This document shows positions 27,227 to 41,585 of a stretch of DNA of 64,000 nucleotides, piece by piece. The DNA lies in the NCBI GenBank assembly GCA_951406725.2, contig OX597820.1:83080001-83144000 (forward strand). The letters run 5' to 3'. A model generated the notes under the pieces. The model ran no database searches. It saw only the letters and a program-made list of their open reading frames with translations, and was not told the origin of the DNA. The translations under genes and the position numbers were made by a program. The stretch's first letter is position 1. Every line of letters begins with the position of its first letter. The stretch comes from Octopus vulgaris. Taxonomy: Eukaryota.

Positions 27227-27425
27227 GATTTATTTGCATATTATATTTGAAATTTTTTACTTATATCTCTTTATCTTTTTACTTTTACTATTACTGTATA
27301 TCTCATTTCATTTTATATATTGCCTTTACTCATATGTAATGGTGTATTAAAGTATGGATTGAGTATCATCGGATAGTTGATGTTTTACTGATTTAAGTAT
27401 GTTTCTCCATTCTCTAATTTTGTAA

Positions 27426-27810
27426 TCTCTCTCTATATAAACGGCAGTTTGTCTGTGCGTGTTTCTGTGTGTCTGTTTGCTTGTACCCTCACCCTGACCA
27501 CGGCTTTCAACCAATTCTGATGAAACTTGACACACACATAGCCCAATGTCATAATTCAAAACTAACGCAGCGAAAATTTTGAAAAGTTCCCCCAGTTCTG
27601 AAAAAAATCGATAAATTCGACATGGGGTCGAGAATCAGAAACACAAACCGCAAACTGTCTAGGGGACGCAACTCAACTTTTTTTAACTCTCAAAAAAAAA
27701 TTTCCCATCATTTTTTTCCATTTTTTTGTTATTTTTTGGCTATAACTCTCTAAAAATGCTTTATAGTTATTTCCCTTACAAAACTGAGCAACGCCGGGCG
27801 ATACTGCTAG
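27426..27810 (+). mobile_element. Complete non-autonomous Helitron
   Basis: Inserted between A and T; 5' TCtctctctatataaa, 3' GC-rich gagcaacgccgggcgatactg-CTAG; internal gtctgt-type repeats. Confidence 0.85.
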
Positions 27811-28052
27811 TATATATATATATATATACTTTGTATCTTATACAACCTCATGTGGTTTTATTTGCTGTTAATTTGCATCACCGTCTCCATATCTACTCAA
27901 CTTAATTCCTCTTATAGCAGCTCCTTACGTTGCGCACTTGGTCCACAGTAGAATTTTCGAATTGTAAGTTCAAATCACTTGAGCGCGACTGTTTTCTATA
28001 TAGTAAAACTCTGAATCTCATCTGTCTGTTCACTGTATGTATATACAGTGAG

Positions 28053-28955
28053 ATACGAATTCGCTTGTCTATATAAATGTGGATATGCTAGTGGTCTTAT
28101 ATCTTTCGATGTTGCTTGATCGAATATATAAGAGGTAAGTTTTTCCTAGCATTTCTAGATTTATGGGAAATATTATGTTGATAAGGAAATGAACTTTACG
28201 ATTCTAATCCAGAAACGATCGTCCATAATTAATTCAGTAGACTGTGTGGTTTCGTTGTTTTCCTTTCTTTTACCACATATGAGTTGCAAATACTGTGGTT
28301 TGTGGAGACTTATTTTTGTAGTAATAGTAATAGTAGCCATTTGACTGCTATTTCTAATATTTTCGGTATGTGGTTTAAACAACTTGTTACAAAACCCTTT
28401 ATTATAATTATATAAATTTTTACCGAATATGGGCCTTTCCATACCGAAATACTACTAGGTGAAATTTATTGATTTTATTAAATTAATTATATTTCACCCT
28501 TTATCTGTATTAAATACTTTTACTCCCCTACAATAAAACTGCAAAACTTCGTTTCGGCAGTACTGTTTTTGTGACTCAAGTTTTGAGATTTTGGAGGGAT
28601 ATACGAATTCGCTTGTCTATATAAATGTGGATATGCTAGTGGTCTTATATATTTCGATGTCGCTTGATCGAATATATAAGAGGTAAGTTTTTCCTAGCAT
28701 TTCTAGATTTATGGGAAATATTATGTTGATAAGGAAATGAACTTTACGATTCTAATCCAGAAACGATCGTCCATAATTAATCCAGTTGACTGTGTGGTTT
28801 CGTTGTTTTCCTTTCTTCTTTTACCATATATCAGTTACAAATACTGTTGTTTGTGGAGACTTATTTTTGTAGTAATAGTAATAGTAGCCCTTTGACTGTT
28901 ATTTCTAATATTTTCGGTATGTGGTTTAAGCAACTTGTTGCAAAACCCTTTATTA

Positions 28956-28965
<10 letters not shown>
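28053..28965. repeat. ~360-bp direct duplication (28053-28414 and 28601-28965), period 548 bp
   Basis: Both copies start atacgaattcgcttgtctatataaatg and end aaaaccctttattataattatata; only scattered differences. Confidence 0.95.
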
Positions 28966-29025
<60 letters not shown>

Positions 29026-29037
29026 ATACATATATAT

Positions 29038-29325
29038 AAAATAGAAAAGAGTGAAAAACAACAGAAGGCTTGTTTTATAAGGTTAAAGAATATGCTTAAG
29101 TCGTTATGTTAGAAAAGTGTTATAAAATTTTGTGTATAGTAACATAGTTTTTTTGAGAAACAACCGCTTTCGCGTAAACTTTTCAAATTTCTCAAATGTC
29201 TTTACCTACATCGTGTCATGGCTTCGTTATGAAGTGCAAAGTAGAGTTCCAGGCAGGGGGAGGTACATCCTATTTTTTATACATCCAACCACGTGCTTTC
29301 ACACACCAACTTTCTCACCTATATA
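29038..29325 (-). mobile_element. Penelope pLTR-type element (same family as 45495-45645 and 62017-62325) within (TA)n
   Basis: Shared acagaaggcttgtttta..aggttaaa and caaccacgtgctttcaca..ccaactttct blocks. Confidence 0.8.
29153..29195 (-). ncRNA. Hammerhead motif, UUGAAAA (U3-A8) core
   Basis: ttgagaaat-TTGAAAA-gtttacgc-GAA-agcggt-T-gtttctcaa; 9-bp helix I. Confidence 0.7.
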
Positions 29326-29555
29326 TATATATAAAATTAGAAAAAAACCCAGTTTTTATCAATTCAAAATGAAAAATTAAATTACATAAAATAGAAAAGT
29401 TAAAATTAAAATAACAATAAAATGTAAAGATTAAGTAAATTGCAAAATAATTATAAAAACGTATATAACAGGTAGAAAAATCGATCTATCCATATACGTA
29501 TATATAAATATATATGTATATGTAAATGCATACATATATATATATATTATATACA

Positions 29556-29599
<44 letters not shown>

Positions 29600-29735
29600 G
29601 TGCAGGGCGCGCTAAACAAATTTTCGTCTCGATCACATTGGTAGTACAATACCAAATCATCACTTATAACTAGAAAGTTAATCTGTGCACCATTCGCTCT
29701 AGGCTAGAAGAATACCTACTCTGTGTGGCTATATT

Positions 29736-29812
<77 letters not shown>

Positions 29813-31276
29813 TCGATTGTCATTCTTAGCCAGCCAACGTTGCTTACTATATGTCACAGAACTTTGCGATTACTAACAAATAAATTATGGCAAATTTATA
29901 CTTTCTTTGGGTATTCAGTCCTTTAAGTCATTTCCTTTTAAACACAAGGATGTATGTAAGTCTGTACGCAAGTAGCTTAGTTGTACATCTATCTCTCTAT
30001 CTAGTTTCTTATCTCGTAACATTAACCTATATAGGTGTTTATACACACATATATTTATGAATATGTTTCTGTGTATACCCATCTCTTTTTTCTCCCTTTC
30101 CCTCTCTCTCTCTGCGAATACACACACATGCACATACACACACACACATGTAAATATACACACTCACTCACAAACACACACACATACATAGGTGCACACT
30201 TATCCCGTAAACATTCATGTCTTTATATTTAAAAAAAATTTCAATAACGATTTAATGTCATGTCGTTCTGGTATCCGTCACATTTATAGCTGCAGTCTGA
30301 GAAGAGAATTGTTAACATAATATAAAGCAATTATTCTTCGCAAAGAAGATGCGGTTCGTGGCTATGAATGAAAATTATTCATGCTGATATTAGGAAGTCA
30401 TGACATCAAGCGAAACTTCGGTCTGTTTTCAAAAATAAAAGAACACAAATGAAAATCGTGATTCAAAGAAATCTTGAAACATATGAAACAGATTATACAT
30501 AAATGTCTTTTAACTAAAATAACTATTGGTCACGTATAATGATTTTCCTCATCTATTGATCATAAACTCTGATCGGTTACAGAGATAGAAAAATATTACG
30601 CAACACAAACTATATAAAATAATTAATTCAAACTTAAGTGTCGTGAAGTTTTACGTGAAATAGTTTTGGGTTATAAAACACATGAGAGAATATTCAAACT
30701 TTACTCCTAACATTCTACACTTCTAGCATTCAGGCCTTATATCTACATTCGTTTGCCCACATTTACGTCCACATCTAAATATAAACATACAAGTACACAC
30801 ATATACATGCACATGTATATTTATCGATAAGTAATAGTGATATCGGAATTCGTACCTTAGTCCTATATTCTGATTGGTAAGATTATTTGAGAAGTTGATG
30901 TTAGTGAAAAAAACCTATTACCATAATATACACGCTGGTTAACGTATTAAAGACCTTATTAAGACCTTCTTGGATAAATTATGTAGAAATTTACCCTTGA
31001 GAAAGGAATGGTTGAGATAATAACTATGTGTACTGGCGACCTAAAAACGAATTGTCAATGCATGGTCCATACTCAATTATACTTGTTCTCAGGTAACAAC
31101 TATCGTTCCAGATAATATATAATAAAACATCGTATAATATAATATATATGCATATACAAGTATGTGTGTATGTATTATGTATGCATGTATGTATGTGCGC
31201 GCGCGCGCGGTAGTTTGTGATATATACGCGTGTTTGCGATATATACGCGTGTTCTCATTCCCAAGGTATTTCTCGA

Positions 31277-31313
<37 letters not shown>

Positions 31314-31314
31314 C

Positions 31315-31351
<37 letters not shown>

Positions 31352-31354
31352 GTT

Positions 31355-31480
31355 GGAAATGAGAACCCATGTTCGAAATTTCTCCAAGACATCTGGTGTA
31401 GGCTGGAGAGTATATCAGCCGAAACATTGTGTTAACAACAAACAAGATGAGGACAAATATCCGTCAAATGTAAATCATGT
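31355..31480 (+). mobile_element. Short repeat after (TTG)n(TTA)n with decayed hammerhead-like motif
   Basis: tctggtgta-ggctg.gagagtatat.cagcc-GAAAC.attgtgtt; core mutated relative to CTGATGA. Confidence 0.5.
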
Positions 31481-33842
31481 AAAAAATGTACCTCTATGCT
31501 GATATGAGACAATGAGGACAATAGGACAATGACATAAAAGTTATGTTCAATATTCACACACTTTTGAGTAGGATTCGAAAATGTCTGAATGTATTTGTAT
31601 GTGCGTGTGTATCTGTATCAATATATACAGATGCATTTGTTTGTGCATATGAACTTCTAAATCTAAGCGGCTAGATTAATACTTAAAACTATATATAACT
31701 ATATATTGCTAAGGAAAAGAAGAACCAAGGCAAGTAAATATTTATTGACCGAACTTATAAGAAATTTCTCGTTGTTACTGAAGTGTAAGACAATGATTTT
31801 CAATAATTTAGTTCTTTGATTTTCGTACATCAACAAGTATACCTCAATAGATCGTTCCTTTTTGTCGTAGACATTCTTTCATGTAGATGGCTTCAATATG
31901 TCTTTTCGCTCCGAATACTTATATCTGTAGTATTCTGTATTTTACAACTTGTGAAAATTCTTTCGTAGCAAACTTCAAAAAAAAAAATGAATTACTTGTA
32001 GGTCTTATGTGAATTTATCAGATGCACTTGGAAAACTTACTTCATGGTCTGGGGATATAATTTATGCCATATTTAACTGAAGGCTCTGCAAACTTTTCAT
32101 TGGATAAAAATAACCAAAATTATCATATACCTATAAAGCCAAACACATATAAGCTCACAATCTTTTGTATGTCTATCTATCTCCTTCAGTACATATGTAT
32201 ATATATATACACACACACACGTTTGTGTGTGTGTGTGCTTATAAATATAGATTTTTTTTAAGTACAATTATATAAAATCACACAGATATTTGCTGCTTAA
32301 TATATATTACAGTAGTTTTAAAAGTATTTTTCTGGAATATGTTGACAATGACTACGACTTTTCACCGCAGATCGACTTTCTCAAGCTAAATAAGTTGTTA
32401 ATTTTAGAAATTTTTTGTCATTCATAACTCTTGAATGTTATATTTAGTATAATGCAGATTTTGTTTATAAAGCAGGGTTCTTGAAGTAAAACAATATTGG
32501 ATTGTGAAGTACAAAAAGTCTCTAAATGAAATACGTGTGTGAAATAACAAGAGAAATAATTCGTATACCAAGTTGAGCTGAAATAATGGTAGTGAAAAAA
32601 TATTGGACAAATATGAATTGGATGGCGTGAAAAGTAAGATATAACGAAATAAAACAAATAATAAGAAACAGAAAATATGAAAAGTGTGAATAAAAAATAG
32701 TAGAAGAAGTGGAGATGTTGAGGTGTGAGTTTGTGAATATAGACAGAATTGGAAAGATAGTTTTGGAATTAATTTCCCCCCTTCGTAATAAGGAGTGGAT
32801 TTTCCTGAAATCGGTTACGTATGGTATTAACTAGAGATGTGATGGGATTTGAAAAGAGTATTCTAACCCTCTGATGTAAGAAATAATTGTAAAACGAACA
32901 TTGTTAATGCTACTAATTGTTATTAATTCGACGCATTGATATATGAATTACGTTACGTTCTCAGATAATTCAAGTTCCGAACCACCTTTAAAATCCAAAA
33001 ACAGATATTTCCAAAATTATACTTATCTCTTTCTTATAAAAACAGGGAACTGAGGAGGACTAACCATAACTGTAAACGAACCTTGAGCGGTTAGCTTTTT
33101 ATGTGGAAACTTAAATTTAGTAAATTTCATCGACATTACACTCATAAATTAAGAAAATTACAATAAATAAATCAATTACTTAGCCATACGAAAAGTATTA
33201 TTTAAAAATAGCCCCCTAAAACTCTAGAATATTTCAGAAAGACTCTGAACTTTATAGTCTAATCAGCCTGTATTTAATGACATTTTGAAATTCGTAATGC
33301 TGGTCATATTGAATAAACGAGTACACTAAGCACATTAACATATGCAAAGAAAAATAAAAGCAGACAAAAGAAGATTATGTCATTCACTCCACATTACAAC
33401 CTGCAAGTTTTCACATTAACTGCTAACTATTCTTCGGTGTTTTATAGCACATATTCTCACTTAGCAAAATGTATTCCAAGATAATTTTAGAAACATAGTA
33501 TCACATATCTTATTTTACAAGATACAGCTGCCGAAAAAAGATAGTGATTTCTAACATCCACAAATATACCTGAAAGACCGAAACCAAATAGCTAATTCGT
33601 CCAACTTCATTTGCATTAGCTCTTCAAAGACTTCTTTCAATAAAAACATCTTTGGTAATTAACCCATATCTAGCGTAGCACTAAATACACATAATGACAC
33701 ATTTTCAACATCAAAATAGGTTTAATTGCTCATCCGGTACTACCACCTGATGTATATGATCCCTAATATAAATAGGTAGAATAATACTTCATCGTCTTTC
33801 TACATATAAAACCTAGATATTAGCAATAATTTCTGACAATAT

Positions 33843-34230
33843 AGGTTTCAAATTTTGGGGGAGGGGCAAGTCGAATCTACGCCAATGCTCAACTGGTGCT
33901 TATTTTATCGACTCAAAGATTCAAAGCCGACCTCGGCGGCATTTTACCTCAGAACATGAATTCGGAAGAATTGCCGCTAAGCATTTTTACCAGTGCGGGT
34001 GTAACTCACTGCAAAATTAGTTTTAAACTTTGACGCAAGGCCAGTAATTTCATGGAAGTGAGTACATCGACTAAATGGACCCTGCGGTGCTCAGCTGTTA
34101 TTTATTTTATGTACCACGAAAGAATCAAAAGGAAAGTCGACCTCGGTAGAATTTTCACTCAGAACATAAAGACGAACAAAATGCATAACGGCATATTGTC
34201 CTAGCTAACTATTCTGCCAGCTGGCCGCCT
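33843..34230 (-). mobile_element. Two tandem SINE family B copies
   Basis: Both carry aaag(c/t)cgacctcgg and tattttat blocks; units ~33843-34010 and ~34019-34230. Confidence 0.75.
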
Positions 34231-34727
34231 AACTCTCTACAATATTGAACGATAAATATAGTTGGCCACTGTAACAAGTAAATTAAATACATTGTCAGTT
34301 ATATAACACTGTATTCTTCGAAATCAATTTCTCTAAAATTAATTCATAACACTGCATTGAGTTTCGCTCAGTTGCAAATATTAAATGTCAAATATTTCAA
34401 AATAATTTTAAAAGTATATGTTCACTGAAGATGTGATAAATACTCTCATTGATGTTCTCATAAACGTTGCTAAAATGTTATTTACCTTACCACAAATAAT
34501 TTCTTAAGGCACCTGGACACCATATTATTTATCACGCATTTACCTTGAGTTCATTATTATGTCGGCATCAAGATCAAGCTGAATTTTTCTCTTTTCAATT
34601 TTGAGAGTATTTGTTTTAATGAACATTATTAAGGTTCAATTAAATTAAATAAAAAGCAGGGAAACATCTCTCCAAGGATGCCGCTTTGCAAGAACATATG
34701 AGTTTCAAAATATATGGATCTGTTCTT

Positions 34728-34998
<271 letters not shown>

Positions 34999-35033
34999 AT
35001 TGGGTATGTGTATGTAACGTTATTCGCCACATG

Positions 35034-35633
35034 AAGTGGCTGTTCCATGTTACTACTAGTTTAACTCCAGGCAGAGATTCCACTAGTTGGTTATCTCTGC
35101 GGCGCTGCACCCTTACATACAATACATATTGCTAGTAGGGGAAGCGAACCCCTACCATCCTCTATCAGACAACAGAATCGCGGGACTGACTCATACTCGA
35201 ACTGGTTAGATCATCCTCAGTCGTGAGTACCTGGTCACCAGAGTGATATATTGTAATTAATGCGACCATCCGTCACTGATTTGCAGCGTGTAAAATCTCA
35301 AGAAGAGATCAGTGTAATAACTATACTAACAAGTAAAGTTAATTGCCTCATCCAAGTGGCTGTTCTATGTGACTACTAGTTTAACTCCAGGCAGAGATTC
35401 CACCAGTTGGTTATCGCAGCGGACTCTGGCTATCACTCTGGCGACCAGATATTCGCAACCGAAGATCAGACAATCAGCTTGAAACTGAGTCAGACTCGCG
35501 ATCTTGTCTGCTAGAGGATGGTCGAGTTTCATTCCTTCTACTAGAAATATATATTGTATTTATAGGATGCAGCGCCGCTCCGATATCCAGCTGGCGGAAG
35601 GTCTGCCTGGATTTATAGTAGTAGTAACATGGC
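35034..35633. mobile_element. Fold-back/partial-tandem element (period 320 bp; inverted arms 35045-35248 and 35431-35633) with a hammerhead motif in each arm
   Basis: Direct repeat 35034-35102 vs 35354-35422; minus HHR 35178-35226 tcacga-CTGAGGA-tgatctaaccagttc-gagtatgagtcagt-C-ccgcga; plus HHR 35453-35501 tcgcaa-CCGAAGA-tcagacaatcagctt-GAA-actgagtcaga-C-tcgcga. Confidence 0.85.
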
Positions 35634-36868
35634 ACTAGCTCTATACTCGTTAGTGTTGTTATTTATTAAGAAGTTGTTTAATGTATGCTGGTCAGTAGTA
35701 AGAAAAAGAACTGTGGTCAGGCCAACCTACTATATTATCAAGGAACTACTACACAGGCCTTATCTCTGCAAATGGACAAGGCAGTGGATAGTAATAAGGA
35801 AGTGATGGATGGGGAAGGGATGATAAAGAGAAAGAAGTACAAAAGCTGATCCAACCGTTATTAGTTATCGTATGAGAAGAGGAAGACTTTGAAAGATAAT
35901 AGAATTAGGGTTATATGAGCAAGTCATAAACTAGAAGTGGAAATCAATGCTTGGGAATATAAGGGCCTGCTACAGTTTAGCATAGTTACAATATTATAGC
36001 AATAAGATAAATTAGAAATTAAATATAGGTAAAAAAGTAAATGTCTACTTAAAATTGTTAGAAAAAAATGCATTAATATATAAGAGTAAGAAGAAAATTG
36101 AAATTTAAAGAAATGCAGAATATATAAATAGTAATAGAGTGAAAATGACAAAATTTAAAATTTATAAAAGAAATGCCATTGAAATATGAGTAAAAAGATA
36201 TTTGAACATATACTTTAGAAACGGGAGAATAATGATAAGACATATTAAAAATTAGGTATTAAATATAAGTTAAATAATTCAAAATTATTTAAAATGCATA
36301 AAGGAGTGTATTCAGAAACAAAAGTTTAAAATTTAAAAACTTAAGCTTGTAAAAGATTACAATGCATATAAAAATATAAAATATACACTACACTAGTAAA
36401 TCCATTCTGCCAACTGAAATAATAGCAGGATCACTGTAAATGTTTTTGATCCATGGATTTTAAACTAGGTTAAATCATTCTGAATGTCCATTGTTTTGAA
36501 GTTCCTGAATTCATCTGACGAAAACGCTTTCTTTACAAAGATGTAATGTTTCCATTAATCCATTAAAAGAATCGTTGGATACGTCCGCTATGGATTGTCA
36601 CCTGTACCTTTCTGTTACTCATTTTATTCACCTATCTCGGAATCTGTCCTTCATAAACATTATGGATAGTATATTTAAAATAAAGTACTATAATTGATGG
36701 CCTATAGGATGCACGAGTGCATAGGCCGCACCCTTGCCTAGGCTATGCTTTTGTAAAATAAATTACCATTAAAACAAAGTTTTAATTCCTCCACTTACCT
36801 GTATATAACTTTATGTTATTACCGATAACTATAAGGAATTGATTGCATCCACATTCGATATAAACATA

Positions 36869-37024
36869 CCGTAGGAAACTCTTCACCAATAGATGGCAGC
36901 ACACATTGTGTAAACATACATAGCATTTTGAGCCTACGTTGAGTGCATTGGACGCAGGGGGATTTTAAAAGCCATTTTGGGGCTTAAAAAAAAAGTGGTG
37001 CGTCTTATAGGCCATCAAATACGG
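36869..37024. mobile_element. Small Tc1/pogo-superfamily MITE remnant
   Basis: TA-CCGTA...gtgcgtcttataggccatcaaaTACGG termini. Confidence 0.45.
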
Positions 37025-37182
37025 ATTTTATCACTCAGCTGGATCTACATAGATTGCAATAATATATTTCGGCCTGTACATATGTACCAAGCTTGATATT
37101 TAATTAATATTGTTGTGCGTGTATAATATTCCGACCTAGTGAGGTGCCTCAATTTAAGTACCTAATTTAACCGGATCTTAAT

Positions 37183-37250
<68 letters not shown>

Positions 37251-37294
37251 TGTCTATATGTATATGTGTTTGTGAGTGCGCGTGCGCGTTATTC

Positions 37295-37455
37295 TTTGTG
37301 TCTTTGTTGTTCCCCACCATTTTTTGCGGTGTATACGTCCCCGTAACGCATCGGTTCGGCAAAAGCGACCGATACCATAAGAACCAAGCTTTTAAAAGAA
37401 GTGGACAGGGGTCGATTCATTCGACTCAAAATTCTTCAAGGTCGTACCCTAGAAT
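37295..37455 (+). mobile_element. SINE family C, 3' half
   Basis: acgtccccgtaac..cggttcggcaaaagcgaccgata..ggggtcgattcattcgact. Confidence 0.75.
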
Positions 37456-37766
37456 GGTTATTTCTCCATTTCGTTCAGATATAACAGAAGTTATAGATAT
37501 TTAGAGATATGTTGCATGATCCAGAATGCGAAAGATTCATGTTAGCATACGTACATGGATGACGTTGCTGTAATAGTGTCAGACATCAAAAGGGCAGTGA
37601 CTTAAAGTGTTGGCAGAAGCTAAAATTAGTGCTATTTATTCCCACTTTTTACTTTCTGATATCAAATCCCATCGAATTCAAATACTTCTGTTGACAAACC
37701 GAAATAACCGTCAAGCACTGATGTCGATGTTACTGTGTGCCAAAGTTAGAAATATAATCATAATAT

Positions 37767-37950
37767 TTTCTACTGTAGGCACAAGGCCCGAAATTTTTGG
37801 TGAGGGGGCCAGTCGATTAAGTAGTACTTAATTTATCGATGCTGAAAAGATCAAAGGCAAAGTCGACCCCGACGGAATTTGAACTCAGAACGTGAGGACA
37901 GATGAAATACGGCTAAGCATTTCGCCATGCGTGCTAACGTTTCTGTCAGT
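37767..37950 (-). mobile_element. SINE family B
   Basis: aggcacaaggcccgaaattt..aaaggcaaagtcgacccc..ggaatttgaactcagaacg..ctaagcatttcgcc..gctaacgtttctg. Confidence 0.85.
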
Positions 37951-38200
37951 TTACTGTCGTTTTGCTGGAAGTAATAATAACAAAAACAATTGTCAATGTA
38001 TGCATCGCAATTATTTCGCTGTTGAATGCATGTATTCGATGTAGATGAATAACTGTGTTTGGAAACCTGAGTATTCACTCTTACGCATTCACACACCATT
38101 ATATATATATGTATACACTTTTTCGAATATAAGTAACAATACACACACACACATACAGACACACACACACTATGTTTATACTCGAATACATACATACATG

Positions 38201-38240
<40 letters not shown>

Positions 38241-38256
38241 CGTGTGAGTATATATA

Positions 38257-38290
<34 letters not shown>

Positions 38291-38323
38291 ATATATATAT
38301 ATATATATATACATCTCTCTCTC

Positions 38324-38355
<32 letters not shown>

Positions 38356-38942
38356 AATATACGTATGTATGTATATACATATACATGCATATATGCATAT
38401 ATATAATATATACATACATATATTTACACACACACGCAAATACACACATTAAACATGGATACATGTATATATACACACACATACATATATACATATACAT
38501 ATATATAGAAACGTATACATACATACATCGTTCGATTTGTGTACAACAAATACATTAAGATAGCAGACACAGCTACAATAAGTACCGAAATTAAGCTCCA
38601 TTGTTTCCCTTCAAACAAGACTGCTGAATATAACTAATTACCTCAGCTGTTTACCTTAATTTTACGTCACAGATAGACCTATGTTTGCTTCTTTACTGAT
38701 TTAAGATTAACTAAAATTAACTATGCATTGTATAGCTATTGTTTACATATTCGTGTTTTATAAACTCGAAATCACTTGAAATCCCATAGATATTCTATTC
38801 GACGTTATCTGCCTCCATATAATTGGAAAATTTGCGAGTGTTTTTACAGACACTTTGTTTATCGTGTTTTTCTGTCTTTATCTTTTTTCTTCCTTCCTCT
38901 CATATACTGTCACATGTATATTATAGTTTCCATCTTTCCAGT

Positions 38943-38980
<38 letters not shown>

Positions 38981-39111
38981 TCTCTCTCTTCCTCTTTCTC
39001 TCTCTCATCCGCGCTTTCTCCGTATACATATATATATCTAACACTGTCTACTGATATTTTTCTATCGAAACACCCAGTCTTATTTCTTAATGCAAACGCA
39101 GTCTTCCATCT

Positions 39112-39155
<44 letters not shown>

Positions 39156-39224
39156 ACACACACATACACACACACTCACACACACACATAAACTTACATT
39201 CATACACACCAGACAAACACACAC

Positions 39225-39259
<35 letters not shown>

Positions 39260-39930
39260 CACGCACGCACACACACAGAGCACGAGTCTGTATGTATGCT
39301 TCTCTGGAATTTATTTTAAATGGAAAATTCAAAACGGGCACTAACGAGAGGTGAGGCTGTGTTGTTTACTTCACGACAGCGCTTGCACTGTGAGCGTACC
39401 TGAATAGGTTGAATCACTCATATATGTATGCATGATGTACGTATGTTTGTATGTGTATGAAAAAACTTGCAATCGTTGGTAGCACTACCAAAACAGTCCT
39501 TGGTTATAGCATTCTTGACGGCCATGGTGACAATGCCATTTCTCACGAGAATGTCGTGTCTAGCAGATATTTTTGGAGAGCTTCTGTTGATAAGAGTAAT
39601 GTCTTTCACACTGGTATAGCATAATCAACAGATTCTGTTACATGTGTGATATGAGACAGCCGTATCACTTATGTTGATCAGATATTTAGTAGTTATCGCC
39701 TTATAGGAGATCGAGTACATGCTACTATTCCTATCATTCTCCATTTTGCGGCAGAATGCTAGCAACATGCGAGGCATGAACCCCTGGATATTTTCTTCTC
39801 TTACGATGAAATTCCTATTTAAGTCAGACTATATAAGGCAGCCTTATCACGTGATACAAAGTTCACCTCACAGGTCTTTTTCATGCGTTCTTCGACTACT
39901 GTCAAAATTTTATACATTCGGTTAAGAATA

Positions 39931-40061
39931 AAGTAATACTTCACTTTACGAGGACCCGTTTTACGAGACCTTAGGTTTACGAGTTTTATTTTCTGTTTAC
40001 GTGTTTTGGCTTTAGGAACGTTCTCCGGGAAGGAAGTAACTCGTATATCGTGTCATTACTG
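39931..40061. mobile_element. Tigger/pogo-type MITE
   Basis: TA-flanked imperfect TIRs aagtaatacttcactttacgag / ctcgtatatcgtgtcattactg. Confidence 0.6.
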
Positions 40062-40530
40062 TATTCATGTGATCAACTCATTTCTTTCATTATGGTTAAA
40101 TAGGTGTCGCTTAAAGGACACGATGTGTCACCAAACGACCGTCTGAACTTGTATCCTTCAATTTAACATAGATGCTCTCTCCCGCTTGCCACTAATGTGC
40201 AGTTACTCTGTCATTGTTATTATTAGTCTTGTCTTAATGACTAACTTGCGAATTTCTTGAAGTGTTTCTATATGCATATATGTTGTCTTTAGGCTATTTA
40301 ATATAGATATTTTCAAATTTCCGTCAACCAGACTTTATAAAATGTTATGTTGCATTGAACGATGTGCTTCTCATTATGTCCTGCACTACACATTATGTTG
40401 CAGGAAATTATTTGTCGCTGGGCTGTCATATAGATAGTTTATATCCATAGTAAATTATACGTGCATATATATCATTGGTATGTATGCATGACTGTGCGTA
40501 TCTATGGATATATATATGTATATGTATATC

Positions 40531-40597
<67 letters not shown>

Positions 40598-40622
40598 ATA
40601 TATATATATATAAATGTATATT

Positions 40623-40653
<31 letters not shown>

Positions 40654-40779
40654 ACATGCATACTTACACACACACACATACAATGAATTGATCCGTATAA
40701 TAAAGTTCAATAAAAAGAGTACTTCATCTGACGAGAGTAAAGATATTGTTTTTTACGATCACGTCACATGCACAAACTG

Positions 40780-40829
40780 CGCTACTAATTTTCCCCCGTA
40801 CGTGGAAACCCAAGTACCTTCTTCAGGCG
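40780..40829 (-). ncRNA. Hammerhead motif (canonical CUGAAGA, damaged helix II/GAAA junction)
   Basis: cgc-CTGAAGA-a-ggtac.ttgggtttccac.gtac-ggggGAA-aattagt-A-gcg. Confidence 0.6.
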
Positions 40830-41186
40830 TAGACTATTCTACCGAAGTAACCATTTTAAATAATAGACTGGGTATAAAAGAGCCCGGAACGGACCGGACA
40901 ACTAAACAGATCGTGTGGAAGATACCACTAAAACGAACTGCAAATATAAATGGACGTTAAATAAAAAGCGGGGACCTTATAAGTAGAACCAAGCGAATGA
41001 TGTAAGGAATGTGGAGGGATGTAATATAAGAATATAATCGTACAATATAATATGAAATATGATAATACGTAATAAAAATAAATTAAGAAATATAATATAA
41101 GAAATAATGGAAATAATTTAAAGGGATGTGTACAAATATGAAATATTAAAAAAAAATGCAAAGTATATGAAAAAATATGAAAAAGA

Positions 41187-41262
<76 letters not shown>

Positions 41263-41265
41263 TAT

Positions 41266-41503
41266 CTTTACTCTTTACTCTTTTAATTGTTTCAGTCATT
41301 TGAAAGCGGCCAAGCTGGTGCACCGCCTTTAGTCGAGCAAATCGACCCCCAGGACTTATTATTTGGAAGTCTAGTACTTATTCTTTGGAAGTCCAGTACT
41401 TATTCTATCGGTGTCTTGCCGAACCGCTAAGTTACGGCAGTGTAAACACACCAGCATCGGTTGACAAGTGATGCTGGAGGACAAACACAGACACACAAAC
41501 ACA

Positions 41504-41585
<82 letters not shown>

